A program made the translations under genes and the position numbers. This document shows, piece after piece, positions 37,892 through 47,428 of a stretch of DNA of 64,000 nt. Source of the stretch: an uncultured Pelagibacteraceae bacterium (GTDB lineage Bacteria > Pseudomonadota > Alphaproteobacteria > Pelagibacterales > Pelagibacteraceae); assembly GCA_902588635.1 (NCBI GenBank), contig CACIPW010000002.1, positions 28,306-92,305 on the forward strand, in the 5' to 3' direction. Position 1 is the stretch's first letter. Every line of letters starts with the position of its first letter. The notes under the pieces were generated by a model. The model was given only the letters and a program-made list of their open reading frames with translations. It was not told the DNA's origin and made no database searches.

Positions 37892-38986
37892 ATGAAAAAA
37901 ATAATTTCAATGTTATTTGCTTTTACTTTGGTATTTGGCTTTATTTCAAATGCTAATGCTGCAAAAACATTAAAGTGCCAAACTGTTATCAGTGCTAAAG
38001 CTGATGAAGTAGTTATGTTAAAAGACTTCACAGATACAGTTACTGCTTTAACAGGTGGATCACTTAAATTCGAAATCATGCCCGCAGGTACAGTAGTTGG
38101 TGTTAAAGAAACTCTAGATGCAGTTGACAAAGGTTTGATCGACTGTGGATTTGCTTGGACACACTATTGGTCAGGTGACCATCCTGCAGCGATGTTATTT
38201 GGTTCGCCAGTAGCAGGAGCAGGAGTAGGAATTGACAATATAGCATTCTTATCTTGGTTCCAATACGGTGGTGGAAAAGAGCTATACGACCAACTATGGT
38301 CAGAAATGGGAAGAGACATAAAAGGATTTATGCTTCAACCAGTTGGACCAGAGGCATTAGGTTGGTTTCCAAAACCAATTAAAGATATGGCTGACTTTAG
38401 AACTTATAAATTTAGAACTCCTCCGGGAATTCCAGGACAAACTTATAAAGACATTGGTATAGCATCTGTTGCTATGGGAGGTGGAGATATTCTTCCAGCT
38501 CTTCAAGCAGGAACAATCGATGCTGCTGAATGGTGTTGTCCAAAACCTGATTTAGTATTTGGTTTTTACAAAGTTCTAAAACATTATTACTTACAAGGTT
38601 TACACCAAGTAGTGGTTAATGCTGATTTTTATATGACTGGAAAAACATACAATGGTTTAACTGCTCATGAGAAAAAATCTCTTGAAGTTGCAGCTAATGC
38701 ATCTTTAGCAAAATCATTAAGTTACAGAATATATGAAAACGGTAAAGCTCTTGCTGAGTTAACAACTAAGCATGGTGTTAAATTAGAAGACACTCCTTCT
38801 GATTATTTCGTGGAGTATATGGCAGCAGCTAAAGCTACTTTAGAAAAAAATGCAGCTAAAAATGCATTTTTCAAAGAAGTTTGGGATTCTCAAAAAGCTT
38901 TTGCTGATATAGCTATTCCATTCTGGAGTGGTGCTCAAATGTCTAATGCTAAGCTAGGAATGGCTCACGCAGCGACATTGAAGTAA
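37892..38986 (+). CDS. dctP: TRAP transporter substrate-binding protein (DctP/TakP-like)
   Basis: Signal peptide, GWFPKPI, KFRTP, ILPALQAGTIDAAEW. Confidence 0.9.
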   Translation: MKKIISMLFAFTLVFGFISNANAAKTLKCQTVISAKADEVVMLKDFTDTVTALTGGSLKFEIMPAGTVVGVKETLDAVDKGLIDCGFAWTHYWSGDHPAAMLFGSPVAGAGVGIDNIAFLSWFQYGGGKELYDQLWSEMGRDIKGFMLQPVGPEALGWFPKPIKDMADFRTYKFRTPPGIPGQTYKDIGIASVAMGGGDILPALQAGTIDAAEWCCPKPDLVFGFYKVLKHYYLQGLHQVVVNADFYMTGKTYNGLTAHEKKSLEVAANASLAKSLSYRIYENGKALAELTTKHGVKLEDTPSDYFVEYMAAAKATLEKNAAKNAFFKEVWDSQKAFADIAIPFWSGAQMSNAKLGMAHAATLK

Positions 38987-39020
38987 TATAGTTTTAATAC
39001 AAAACTATAATTAAATTATA

Positions 39021-39057
39021 ATAAAGCGGACTTATTAAAGTCCGCTTTATTTTTTTT
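39021..39057 (+). terminator. Intrinsic terminator or stabilising hairpin between dctP and dctQ
   Basis: ATAAAGCGGACTT-ATTA-AAGTCCGCTTTAT followed by a T run. Confidence 0.85.
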
Positions 39058-39066
39058 AGGGATTTT

Positions 39067-39678
39067 ATGGTAGAAGAACCAGGAAAATTAGATATTTCAG
39101 ATGAAATGATTGCCGAGAGACGTCGTGGCTCAGATAAAATGCCCGATAATATGCCCAAATGGATGGCAAAATCTATAACTTTAATAGATAAGTTTAGTAA
39201 GATAACAGGCAATATAGTTTGTTGGATTTTAATGCCATTAATTTTGGCAATGACATACGAAGTTTTTGCAAGAAAATTATTTTTAGCCCCAACAATTTGG
39301 GCATACGATATTAGCAGATTTCTTTATGGCGCTTTATTTATGCTAGGTGCTGGTTATGCACTTTCTAAAGGAGTTCACATAAGAGCAGATTTTTTATACA
39401 GAAATTTTAAAGTAAAAAATCAAGGTTTAATTGATTTTACTTTATACATATTATTTTATTTTCCGGGCCTAATCGTATTTCTTTATATGACAACTGGATT
39501 TCTTCAGGAGTCAATAATGAGAGGAGAAAGAGGAATGGATACTACTTGGATGCCATATATGTGGCCCATAAAATCATGTTTATGGTTTGGAATTGTTTTT
39601 TTATTAATACAAGGAATTTCTGAATTATTTAAAAGTTATTACGCAATGACTAGAGGAAAGTGGCCAGGTGATGAATGA
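39067..39678 (+). CDS. dctQ: TRAP small permease
   Basis: 4 TM segments; YEVFAR..F.APTIWA, HIRADF. Confidence 0.9.
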   Translation: MVEEPGKLDISDEMIAERRRGSDKMPDNMPKWMAKSITLIDKFSKITGNIVCWILMPLILAMTYEVFARKLFLAPTIWAYDISRFLYGALFMLGAGYALSKGVHIRADFLYRNFKVKNQGLIDFTLYILFYFPGLIVFLYMTTGFLQESIMRGERGMDTTWMPYMWPIKSCLWFGIVFLLIQGISELFKSYYAMTRGKWPGDE

Positions 39679-41009
39679 TTGCTGAATTTATTGATCCAGC
39701 CATATTAGGTTTTATTTTAATTGGAGTAATGCTTTTTTCTATATTTATCGGTTTCCCAATTTCTTTTACTTTAATATTTTTGGGTTTTGTTTTTGGTTAT
39801 TTAGGTTTTGGTAAACTTGTTTTTTATTTAATGACCTTGCAGTTTTCAATGGTTATGACAGAACAAACTTTAGCAGCCGTACCTCTCTTTGTATTTATGG
39901 GTATAATGATGGAACAAGCTGGGTTAATGGAAAGATTATTCTCAGCATTTCAACTAATGTTAGCTAAAGTTAGAGGATCTTTATATTATGCGGTGCTTTT
40001 TGTTTCGGTAATTTTTGCTGCAGCCACAGGTATAGTCGGTGCGTCTGTTACAATTTTAGGAATTATGGCTGCTAAATCTATGAATAGATCAGGATATAAT
40101 GTTAGATTGGCCGCAGGAACAATTACAGCTGGTGGTACTTTAGGAATATTAATTCCACCAAGCATTATGCTTGTTGTAATGGGTCCTATAATGGAAATTC
40201 CCGTGATTGATTTATTTGCAGCTGCTATTATACCTGGAATTCTACTTGCTAGCTTATATGCAGCTTACACTACTATTAGATGTATGATGGATCCAAAACT
40301 AGGTCCACCGTTACCTGAAGATATGAGAGCAACAAGTATGAAAGATGTTTGGGTTGAATTTTTTCTTGGTTTAGTTCCACCTGCTGCATTAGTTTTTGCT
40401 GCTCTAGGCAGTATATTATTTGGATTTGCAACTCCAACAGAAGCAGCCGGTTGCGGTGCTATGGGTGCTTTATTGCTATCTCTTGCTTATAAAAAATTAA
40501 CTTTTTCAAAATTACAAGAAGCGCTTGTTAAAACTTTAGAGATCTCTGCTTTAATTATGGTTCTAGTAGCTGCATCAAACTTTTTTGGAGCAGTTTTTGC
40601 TAGACTTGGTACACCAATGTTACTTACTGAATTTTTACTATCTTTAGAAATGAATAGATATTTAATTTTAGCTATAGTTATGGGTGTAATTTTTCTTTTA
40701 GGGTGGCCTTTAGAATGGGTTCCAATTGTAATGATTATTGTTCCAATTATATTACCTTTAATAGAAGCATTAGGGTTTAATTTAACTTGGTTTGCAATTC
40801 TTGTAGCTGTAAATCTTCAAACCGCCTGGTTATCTCCACCTGTAGCTTTGTCTGCATATTTTTTAAAAGGTGTGGTCCCGGAATGGGATTTAAAAGATAT
40901 TTATCTTGGAATGATGCAATTTATGGTGCTTCAAATAATAGGATTAATAATAATAATAGTATTTCCAAAAATTGTGCTATGGCTGCCAACACTACTATAT
41001 GGACAGTAA
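39675..41009 (+). CDS. dctM: TRAP large permease
   Basis: AVPLFVFMG, GTLGILIPPSIML, TPTEAA, SPPVA. Confidence 0.93.
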   Translation: MIAEFIDPAILGFILIGVMLFSIFIGFPISFTLIFLGFVFGYLGFGKLVFYLMTLQFSMVMTEQTLAAVPLFVFMGIMMEQAGLMERLFSAFQLMLAKVRGSLYYAVLFVSVIFAAATGIVGASVTILGIMAAKSMNRSGYNVRLAAGTITAGGTLGILIPPSIMLVVMGPIMEIPVIDLFAAAIIPGILLASLYAAYTTIRCMMDPKLGPPLPEDMRATSMKDVWVEFFLGLVPPAALVFAALGSILFGFATPTEAAGCGAMGALLLSLAYKKLTFSKLQEALVKTLEISALIMVLVAASNFFGAVFARLGTPMLLTEFLLSLEMNRYLILAIVMGVIFLLGWPLEWVPIVMIIVPIILPLIEALGFNLTWFAILVAVNLQTAWLSPPVALSAYFLKGVVPEWDLKDIYLGMMQFMVLQIIGLIIIIVFPKIVLWLPTLLYGQ

Positions 41010-41034
41010 AATTTTTTAGTTTATTATAACTAAT

Positions 41035-42492
41035 GTGACTCAACAAAAAACCAATATTCAACTTACAAACTGGGAAATTGTTTCTGTAAATCCGGCAGAT
41101 AAACAGTGGAACTGGAAAACTCTTTTTTGTTTTTGGGGAAATAGCATTCAAAGTATAATTGGCTTTTCACTCATAGCATCACTTTATTTAGTATATGATT
41201 TAAATTTTTTGGTTGTACTAACTGGAAGTTTAATCGGATCTATATTTGTTTATTTTTTGTGCAATTTGATAGGAAAACCATCACAGCGTCATGGTATTCC
41301 TTTTCCTGTTTTGTTGAGAACTTCACTAGGTATTAGAGGAGCAAAGTATATTTCTTTATTAAGGGGTTTGGTTGGTATTTTTATGTTTGGAGTACAAACA
41401 TTCTTTATATCCAAATCATTAGGATATTTAATTCGTATTGCCATTCACTCATATGATCAATCAATGATGAATGAAGAAATATTCTTAACTTTCTTTTTTG
41501 CAATGAATATTATTGATTGGAGTGCATTTTTTTTAGCATTAATAATACAAATTTTATTATTTAGCAAAGGCCACAATTTTAACAAATCATTTATAAATTT
41601 TTCTGCTTTATTTGTTTATTTAGGATTAATTATTTTTCTAGTTATTGTTGTTTCTGAATATTCATTAAGTTTAAGTAAGTCATTTAAAGATCTGCTAGTT
41701 TATGAAAATATTTTTTCAAAAGAAAATATTGTTCCCATATCTACTATTGCTGGAACTATTTTTGCATATTTTTCTATCGTCATTGTCAATTTTGGTGATT
41801 TTTCGCGATATGTAAAAAATGAAAAAGAGCTTAACCTTGGAAATTTAAGTTTGTTATTAAATTTAGTTATTTTTTCTTTGTTATCGGTTTTAGTGGTAAT
41901 GGGTTGTGATATTATTTTAAAAAATAATCTTGTTGATATAGATAGAATCTTAACAAACCCAACTGATATAATTGGTAAATTTAATAATACTTTTTTAACT
42001 ATAATAGTAATATTTTTTATACTTTTCGCATCTGCATCAACAAATTTGATTGCAAATTATATTCCTACTCAAAATTCATTACTAAATTTTTTACCTAAAA
42101 GCTTAAATATAAAAAGTGCAGCAATAATTATTGCATTATTTGGTTTAGCAGTAGGAGCGTCTTGGACACCCGTGCTTAGCCAGGTAGGAATCTTATCAAT
42201 TGTTGACACGATAGGTTCATTTTTTGGTCCTATTTTTGGAATTGTAGTTACTGATTATTATTTAATTAACAAAAGCAAAATCAATAATAAAGATTTATAT
42301 TCTTCTATGTCTAACGGCAGTTATTTTTTTTCAAATGGTTGGCATATAAAAGGAATTTATGCGCTAATAATAGGGTTTATTTTTTCAGCTTGTACAATTT
42401 GGAATATTAATTTGAGTTTTCTTCAATCATACTCATGGTTGATAGGCGCAATAATGTCTTCGATTACTTACTATTTTTTGCTTTACAGGTAA
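41035..42492 (+). CDS. NCS1 nucleobase:cation symporter
   Basis: GIPFPVLLR.SLG..GA, NFGDFSRY, STNLIANY, GPIFGIVVTDYY. Confidence 0.88.
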   Translation: MTQQKTNIQLTNWEIVSVNPADKQWNWKTLFCFWGNSIQSIIGFSLIASLYLVYDLNFLVVLTGSLIGSIFVYFLCNLIGKPSQRHGIPFPVLLRTSLGIRGAKYISLLRGLVGIFMFGVQTFFISKSLGYLIRIAIHSYDQSMMNEEIFLTFFFAMNIIDWSAFFLALIIQILLFSKGHNFNKSFINFSALFVYLGLIIFLVIVVSEYSLSLSKSFKDLLVYENIFSKENIVPISTIAGTIFAYFSIVIVNFGDFSRYVKNEKELNLGNLSLLLNLVIFSLLSVLVVMGCDIILKNNLVDIDRILTNPTDIIGKFNNTFLTIIVIFFILFASASTNLIANYIPTQNSLLNFLPKSLNIKSAAIIIALFGLAVGASWTPVLSQVGILSIVDTIGSFFGPIFGIVVTDYYLINKSKINNKDLYSSMSNGSYFFSNGWHIKGIYALIIGFIFSACTIWNINLSFLQSYSWLIGAIMSSITYYFLLYR

Positions 42493-42499
42493 ATTAATA

Positions 42500-43246
42500 A
42501 TGATTCAATTTGACTTTAAAAAAAGAACAGCAATTATTACTGGAGGGGCTCAAGGCTTTGGTCTTAATATAGCTAAAAAATTTTTAGATTTTGGTGCAAA
42601 AGTAATCATTTGGGATGTAGATAAAAAAGAAACAGAGAATGCTGTTAAAAAAGTAAACAATGAAAAATTGTCCTTCAATATTTTAGATATCTCTAATTTT
42701 GATGAAGTTAATAAACTTGTAAAACAAATTACCAAATCAACAAATATCGACATCTTGATTAATAATGCGGGCATTACTGGCTCTACGACAGAACTTTGGA
42801 ATTATGACGTGAAAGAATGGAATAAAATTGTTGAAATTAATTTAATGGGTACATTTAATTGTTGTAAATCTATTGTTCCTAATATGATTAAAAATAACTA
42901 TGGTAGAATTGTAAATATAGCGTCAGTTTCTGGAAAAGATGGAAATGCAAATGCAAGTGCTTACAGTTCAGCAAAAGCTGGCGTTTTAGGCTTAACAAAG
43001 TCTCTGGGCAAAGAACTAGCAGACAAACATATAGCTGTTAACGCAGTTACTCCTGCTGGCGCAAAAACAAGAATATTAGATCAAATGTCTAAAGAACATG
43101 TACAAAAAATGCTATCAAAAGTACCTAGAGGCAGATTTTTAGAATTAAACGAGTTAACTTCTCTTGTTTGTTGGCTTTCATCAGAGGAAAATTCATTTTC
43201 AACGGCCGCAGTTTTTGATATCAGCGGTGGAAGATCTACTTATTAG
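42500..43246 (+). CDS. Short-chain dehydrogenase/reductase
   Basis: TGGAQGFG, NNAG, YSSAK, FDISGGRSTY. Confidence 0.9.
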   Translation: MIQFDFKKRTAIITGGAQGFGLNIAKKFLDFGAKVIIWDVDKKETENAVKKVNNEKLSFNILDISNFDEVNKLVKQITKSTNIDILINNAGITGSTTELWNYDVKEWNKIVEINLMGTFNCCKSIVPNMIKNNYGRIVNIASVSGKDGNANASAYSSAKAGVLGLTKSLGKELADKHIAVNAVTPAGAKTRILDQMSKEHVQKMLSKVPRGRFLELNELTSLVCWLSSEENSFSTAAVFDISGGRSTY

Positions 43247-43367
43247 GTTTTTGTAGTGGTTTAATTATTGCTTCTTGCTTGTTGTTTCTAAATTCCTTAG
43301 ATAAAACAGGCGCAAGAATTATTAATGACCAGTAGATAAATAGGACAAAAAAAGAAACAGTTTTCAA
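43236..43367 (-). CDS. Possible small membrane-anchored peptide (43 aa; not in the ORF track)
   Basis: TTG start overlaps the upstream TGA (TTGA); MKTVSFFVLFIYWSLIILAPVLSKEFRNNKQEAIIKPLQKPNK. Confidence 0.4.
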   Translation of the reverse strand: MKTVSFFVLFIYWSLIILAPVLSKEFRNNKQEAIIKPLQKPNK

Positions 43368-43573
43368 GAATTTTCCCCATTTATTTTACAATTTTCCTTG
43401 TTTATTTTGTTATTAAAATCTTCAATATTTTTTTTATTCACTATCCATACAAATGATTTCTCATACGAGTTGTCAGAGGCCATTTTTGTACATTTTTTAC
43501 CTAGCTTTACAACAGAGTTTGATGAGCAATTTGTTAAAAAAATTAAAGAAGTTATTAAGATTATTGCTTTCAT
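43364..43573 (-). CDS. Small lipoprotein
   Basis: MKAIILITSLIFLTNC lipobox-like signal; two further Cys residues. Confidence 0.7.
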   Translation of the reverse strand: MKAIILITSLIFLTNCSSNSVVKLGKKCTKMASDNSYEKSFVWIVNKKNIEDFNNKINKENCKINGENS

Positions 43574-43683
43574 GCTCTACAAATATACACAAATAATGAA
43601 TTTTGATTGTTTAAATTTTGTCCAAAATTTGATTTTAAAAAAAATTGTTGAAAATAAATTTATAAGTGTATAAGAGCTCAAAA

Positions 43684-44325
43684 ATGAAAATTTTGATTCA
43701 ACTAACTGTTTTATTCTTTTTTTTAAACTTTTTTGCCTTTGCGGAAAAAATAACTGTTTTTGAATTCACTAAAGAAGAGATGAAAACTTTAAAGGAAAGA
43801 AAGGTTAAAGGAAAAACAAAATGGAAATTGGGATCAAATGAAAATGGTAATTTTATTCGTGCTGAGGCCGAAGGTACAGGCTCTGGATTGGGAAAAGAGT
43901 TAAAAATCAACCTAAACAAGACGCCATTTATAAATATTACTTGGAAAATTGAAAAAGGGTTAGAAGGAATAGACGAACTAAGTAAAAAGGGCCATGATTA
44001 TGCAGCTAGAGTTTTTGTTATTAAAAAAACTGGTGCTACAGCCTTATCAAATAGAGCAGTGAATTATGTTTTTTCCAGCAATAATGATATTGGAAAAAGC
44101 TGGCATAGCCCATATACGAAAAAATCTATTGATTATGTTTTATCAACAACAAAAATAAGCAATGATGAGTGGGTAACAGTTAAAGCCAATGTAAAAGAGA
44201 GCTTTAAAACCCTTCATAATTTAGATGTTGATGAAATAAATGGTGTGGCAATAATGACTGACACAGATAACAGCAAGTTAAAAGCTATATCTTATTATCA
44301 AAATATTTATTTTTCTTCAGAATAA
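43684..44325 (+). CDS. DUF3047-family exported protein
   Basis: Signal peptide from the ATG at 43684; TPFINITWK, DYAARVFV, AIMTDTDN. Confidence 0.8.
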   Translation: MKILIQLTVLFFFLNFFAFAEKITVFEFTKEEMKTLKERKVKGKTKWKLGSNENGNFIRAEAEGTGSGLGKELKINLNKTPFINITWKIEKGLEGIDELSKKGHDYAARVFVIKKTGATALSNRAVNYVFSSNNDIGKSWHSPYTKKSIDYVLSTTKISNDEWVTVKANVKESFKTLHNLDVDEINGVAIMTDTDNSKLKAISYYQNIYFSSE

Positions 44326-44466
44326 TCAAATTTTTAGATATTTTTTTAACATTACGCTTAGATAAGATAAAGCAATTGCAGCCAAAACATCTTCAATAGG
44401 TTTTGCTGAAGGGTAGCCAAAATTCCAGAGAACAACACCAATCAGCCAAATTATATAAACTTTCAT
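44326..44466 (-). CDS. Small two-TM protein (46 aa; not in the ORF track)
   Basis: MKVYIIWLIGVVLWNFGYPSAKPIEDVLAAIALSYLSVMLKKYLKI; exactly fills the gap between genes. Confidence 0.65.
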   Translation of the reverse strand: MKVYIIWLIGVVLWNFGYPSAKPIEDVLAAIALSYLSVMLKKYLKI

Positions 44467-44478
44467 AAATTAAATAAC

Positions 44479-45171
44479 TTATATTAAATTAAGCACTTTT
44501 CTAAACAAATTACTCATTTTAATTAGATTAATTCGTCCAGTATTTACATTTCGTGGGCTAGGATGATAGCAGCCAACGAGTTTAATATTATTTGGCAATG
44601 TATAAATTTGACCGTGGCCAAAATTAATTTTTTCATTTAATTTGTAGTTTTTCTTATAAAAATATACACACGCATCAAAAGCTACTTTTCCTAGAGCTAC
44701 TATAACGCTTAAATTTTTTAGATTGTTTATTTCTTGATTAAAAAAATTTGAGCAATTATTGAGTTCTTTAATTTCAGGTTTGTCTCCAGGAGGCACACAT
44801 TTTAAAGCTGTAGTCATAAATGCATTTTTTAGTTTTAAACCGTCATTTATGTTGTCAGAGGTAGATTGATTAGAAATTTTTACTTTATAAAGACATTTAT
44901 ATAAAAAATCAGAAGATCTATCACCAGTGAACACTCTACCAGTTCTAGTTCCACCATGAGCAGCTGGAGCTAAACCAACAAAAAGTATTTTTCCTTTAGT
45001 GTCACCAAAACCAGTAATTGGTTTTCCCCAATATTCTTCATTAATATATTGCTTTCTTTTTTTTTTTGATATTTTGTTTCTGAATTTTACCAACCTAGGG
45101 CACTTGCTGCATTTAACAATAGATTTATTTAATTTACTAAATTTATTTTTATTCTTTATTTCTATCTGCAT
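44479..45171 (-). CDS. Uracil-DNA glycosylase, family 5 (UdgB-like, Fe-S)
   Basis: CSKCPRL, GLAPAAHGGTRTGRVFTGD, KCVPP, YHPSPRN. Confidence 0.9.
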   Translation of the reverse strand: MQIEIKNKNKFSKLNKSIVKCSKCPRLVKFRNKISKKKRKQYINEEYWGKPITGFGDTKGKILFVGLAPAAHGGTRTGRVFTGDRSSDFLYKCLYKVKISNQSTSDNINDGLKLKNAFMTTALKCVPPGDKPEIKELNNCSNFFNQEINNLKNLSVIVALGKVAFDACVYFYKKNYKLNEKINFGHGQIYTLPNNIKLVGCYHPSPRNVNTGRINLIKMSNLFRKVLNLI

Positions 45172-45319
45172 AAAATAAACTAATCAAAAAAACCGCAGTC
45201 CAAGCAAGAGCCATTAAACCTTTTTTAATATTTGTATTACCATCCCAAAGGCCTAGAAAAAAAGCACCGAATATTAAGCCCAAAAAGTATATTATTGTAA
45301 TTAAGTTAGTTGTATTCAT
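45149..45319 (-). CDS. Small two-TM protein (56 aa; not in the ORF track)
   Basis: MNTTNLITIIYFLGLIFGAFFLGLWDGNTNIKKGLMALAWTAVFLISLFYADRNKE; start overlaps the upstream stop (TAATG). Confidence 0.65.
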   Translation of the reverse strand: MNTTNLITIIYFLGLIFGAFFLGLWDGNTNIKKGLMALAWTAVFLISLFYADRNKE

Positions 45320-46161
45320 TAATAATATTTATATTTTTTAATATTTTTTTTATATTTTTTTAAAATCATCTCAATTTCATTTTCAAACAATCTTTTTGGA
45401 TAAAAATTAAATTCTTTTTTTATTGAGTTAATATTTATAATTGGTTCATTTTTGATATTTGCATTTTTTTTAAAAATAATTTTACATTTAGTGTATTTTT
45501 TAATTAATTTTGCTATTTTACCAACGGTAATACTATTGCTTGATCCAACATTGTAAATTCTTTTTTTGCCGTTTTTTTTAATAATAGATAAGATAATTTT
45601 GATAGCATCTTGAACATGAAGGTAGTTTTTTTTTGATTTTTTATGAATAGTAATTTCAATTTTCTTTTGGAAAATTGAGTTTCTTATAAGAGTAGGTAAA
45701 AGATATTTATGATTTTTAAAATTTTCACCAAATAAATTAGAAAGTCTGATAACTTTTACTTTTTGGTTTTTAATTTGTAAACACAAACTTTCTGCAGATA
45801 ATTTTAAAGCTTTAAAAAGAATACCTTCTTCGCGACAATCAAATAAAATTTTTTCGCTTTCTATTCCAATTTTATTTGAAGAATAAGTTCTAATGCTTGA
45901 AAGGTAAGTAAAAGTTTTAAATTTATTATTAAGTAATACTTTACTCAATACAACCAGATTTGATTGGATTGCTTTTTTGGGATCCTTTAAAGCTTCACTG
46001 GTACCAATGCAAAAAATTACATGTCCAAGATTTTTTTTAAAAATATATTGTTTTTTTTTTGGAATATATATTTTTTCATTTGAATCTTTTAAATATTTTT
46101 TAAGGTTGTTTCCAATAAAACCGTTTGCACCAAATATTGTATATATTGTTTTTTTTTTCAT
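45319..46161 (-). CDS. NAD-dependent epimerase/dehydratase-like protein (atypical active site)
   Basis: GANGFIG, YLSS, RLSNLFG, IYNVGS; the YxxxK position reads FKALK. Confidence 0.75.
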   Translation of the reverse strand: MKKKTIYTIFGANGFIGNNLKKYLKDSNEKIYIPKKKQYIFKKNLGHVIFCIGTSEALKDPKKAIQSNLVVLSKVLLNNKFKTFTYLSSIRTYSSNKIGIESEKILFDCREEGILFKALKLSAESLCLQIKNQKVKVIRLSNLFGENFKNHKYLLPTLIRNSIFQKKIEITIHKKSKKNYLHVQDAIKIILSIIKKNGKKRIYNVGSSNSITVGKIAKLIKKYTKCKIIFKKNANIKNEPIININSIKKEFNFYPKRLFENEIEMILKKYKKNIKKYKYY

Positions 46162-46164
46162 CTA

Positions 46165-46986
46165 TTATAATTTTAGTTTTTTTTTGAAATAAAACTTTAA
46201 AAATAAAATTATGCCTAATAAATAGCTGTAATTTGATATTAATTTTTTTTTATTAAATATGAAAGAATTAATAAATAAAAAAATAAAATTAACAATTAAT
46301 TGTCTGAAAATTTTGATAAACCTTAATTTGTTATTTTTGTAGTCAAATATTAATTCACCACATTTAAAGTGCATTGCTCTAATTACATCAATTGATGTGC
46401 TGCTTATTGAAGACTGGCTATTTTCATGTATAGCAAATGAGTTTAAAACTTTTATCATTTTATATTTTGTTTCGTTAACTCTTTTCATTAAATCTTCATC
46501 ATTCCAGTAAAGAAAAAAATCTTCATCAAAAAAACCAATTTTTTTAACTTTTTTAACATCACACAACATACAAGATGCATTAAGATGTTTATTAATTTCG
46601 TAAGTTTTATTATTACTTTTTTTTCTTTTTGTATTTTTTTTTTTAAATGTTGGTGCTGCAAAGATCACGTCATCTCTTTTTTTTATAGCAGTTATCAAAT
46701 TTTTTAAAGAAATGTTATTTATAGTAATATCTGCTTGCGTAAATAAGCAATACTTAGTTTTTACTTTTTTAAGTAAAAAATTTGTTGACTTGCTGTTACC
46801 CAAGTTTTGTTTTGAAGAGTAATAATTAAAGTTCGAATTTAAAATCTTATCAATTTTTTTTTTTGAATTTTTTACTGCAGCTTGATCAAATATCAAAATT
46901 GGGTATTTTATATACTGATTTAATGACTTTAATCTCTCACTTGGAGTTTTGTACAATGTGACCATTACACTTACATCTTTACTCAT
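46165..46986 (-). CDS. Family 2 glycosyltransferase
   Basis: NLG, QAD, GFFDEDFFLYWNDEDL, HE. Confidence 0.82.
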   Translation of the reverse strand: MSKDVSVMVTLYKTPSERLKSLNQYIKYPILIFDQAAVKNSKKKIDKILNSNFNYYSSKQNLGNSKSTNFLLKKVKTKYCLFTQADITINNISLKNLITAIKKRDDVIFAAPTFKKKNTKRKKSNNKTYEINKHLNASCMLCDVKKVKKIGFFDEDFFLYWNDEDLMKRVNETKYKMIKVLNSFAIHENSQSSISSTSIDVIRAMHFKCGELIFDYKNNKLRFIKIFRQLIVNFIFLFINSFIFNKKKLISNYSYLLGIILFLKFYFKKKLKL

Positions 46987-47243
46987 GAATTATTTTCAAA
47001 ATTTTTTATAGATTTGTATAAAGAAACACCATTTTTAACTTTATGCTTATATGATTCCTTAAAACTTTCTAGCTGCCAGCCATTTAATCTTTTTTCTATT
47101 TCTTGAAGATTATTTTTTTTCCATTCATTTGAGGTTTTTTCCTCTTTCCAGATTTTTTTTTCATCATTGGTTCTTCCACAACCATAACAAAAACCTGTTT
47201 TGGGATCGGTTTTACAAATACTTATACACGGCGATATAGTCAT
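46983..47243 (-). CDS. DUF1289-family Cys-rich protein
   Basis: SPCISIC......FCYGCGRT..E...W. Confidence 0.85.
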   Translation of the reverse strand: MTISPCISICKTDPKTGFCYGCGRTNDEKKIWKEEKTSNEWKKNNLQEIEKRLNGWQLESFKESYKHKVKNGVSLYKSIKNFENNS

Positions 47244-47327
47244 TTTATTTATTTTATTTCTATATATTTACACTATTATTCTAATTGGACAAATTAGTTC
47301 AATAATATATAAAGCTTCAATAATTGT

Positions 47328-47412
47328 GGGCGAGTGGCGGAACTGGCAGACGCGTATGACTTAGGATCATATCTCGCAAGGGGTGAAGGTTCGAGTCCTT
47401 TCTCGCCTACCA
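47328..47412 (+). tRNA. tRNA-Leu(TAG)
   Basis: Acceptor GGGCGAG/CTCGCCT, anticodon arm TATGA-CTTAGGA-TCATA, long variable arm, GGTTCGAGTCC, encoded CCA. Confidence 0.96.
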
Positions 47413-47428
47413 AAAAATTTAAGAATTT

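Noticed and set aside
46620-46690. Long T/A homopolymers as phase-variation tracts or frameshifts
   Set aside because: Runs of 8-11 A/T occur throughout this AT-rich window and the reading frames stay intact.
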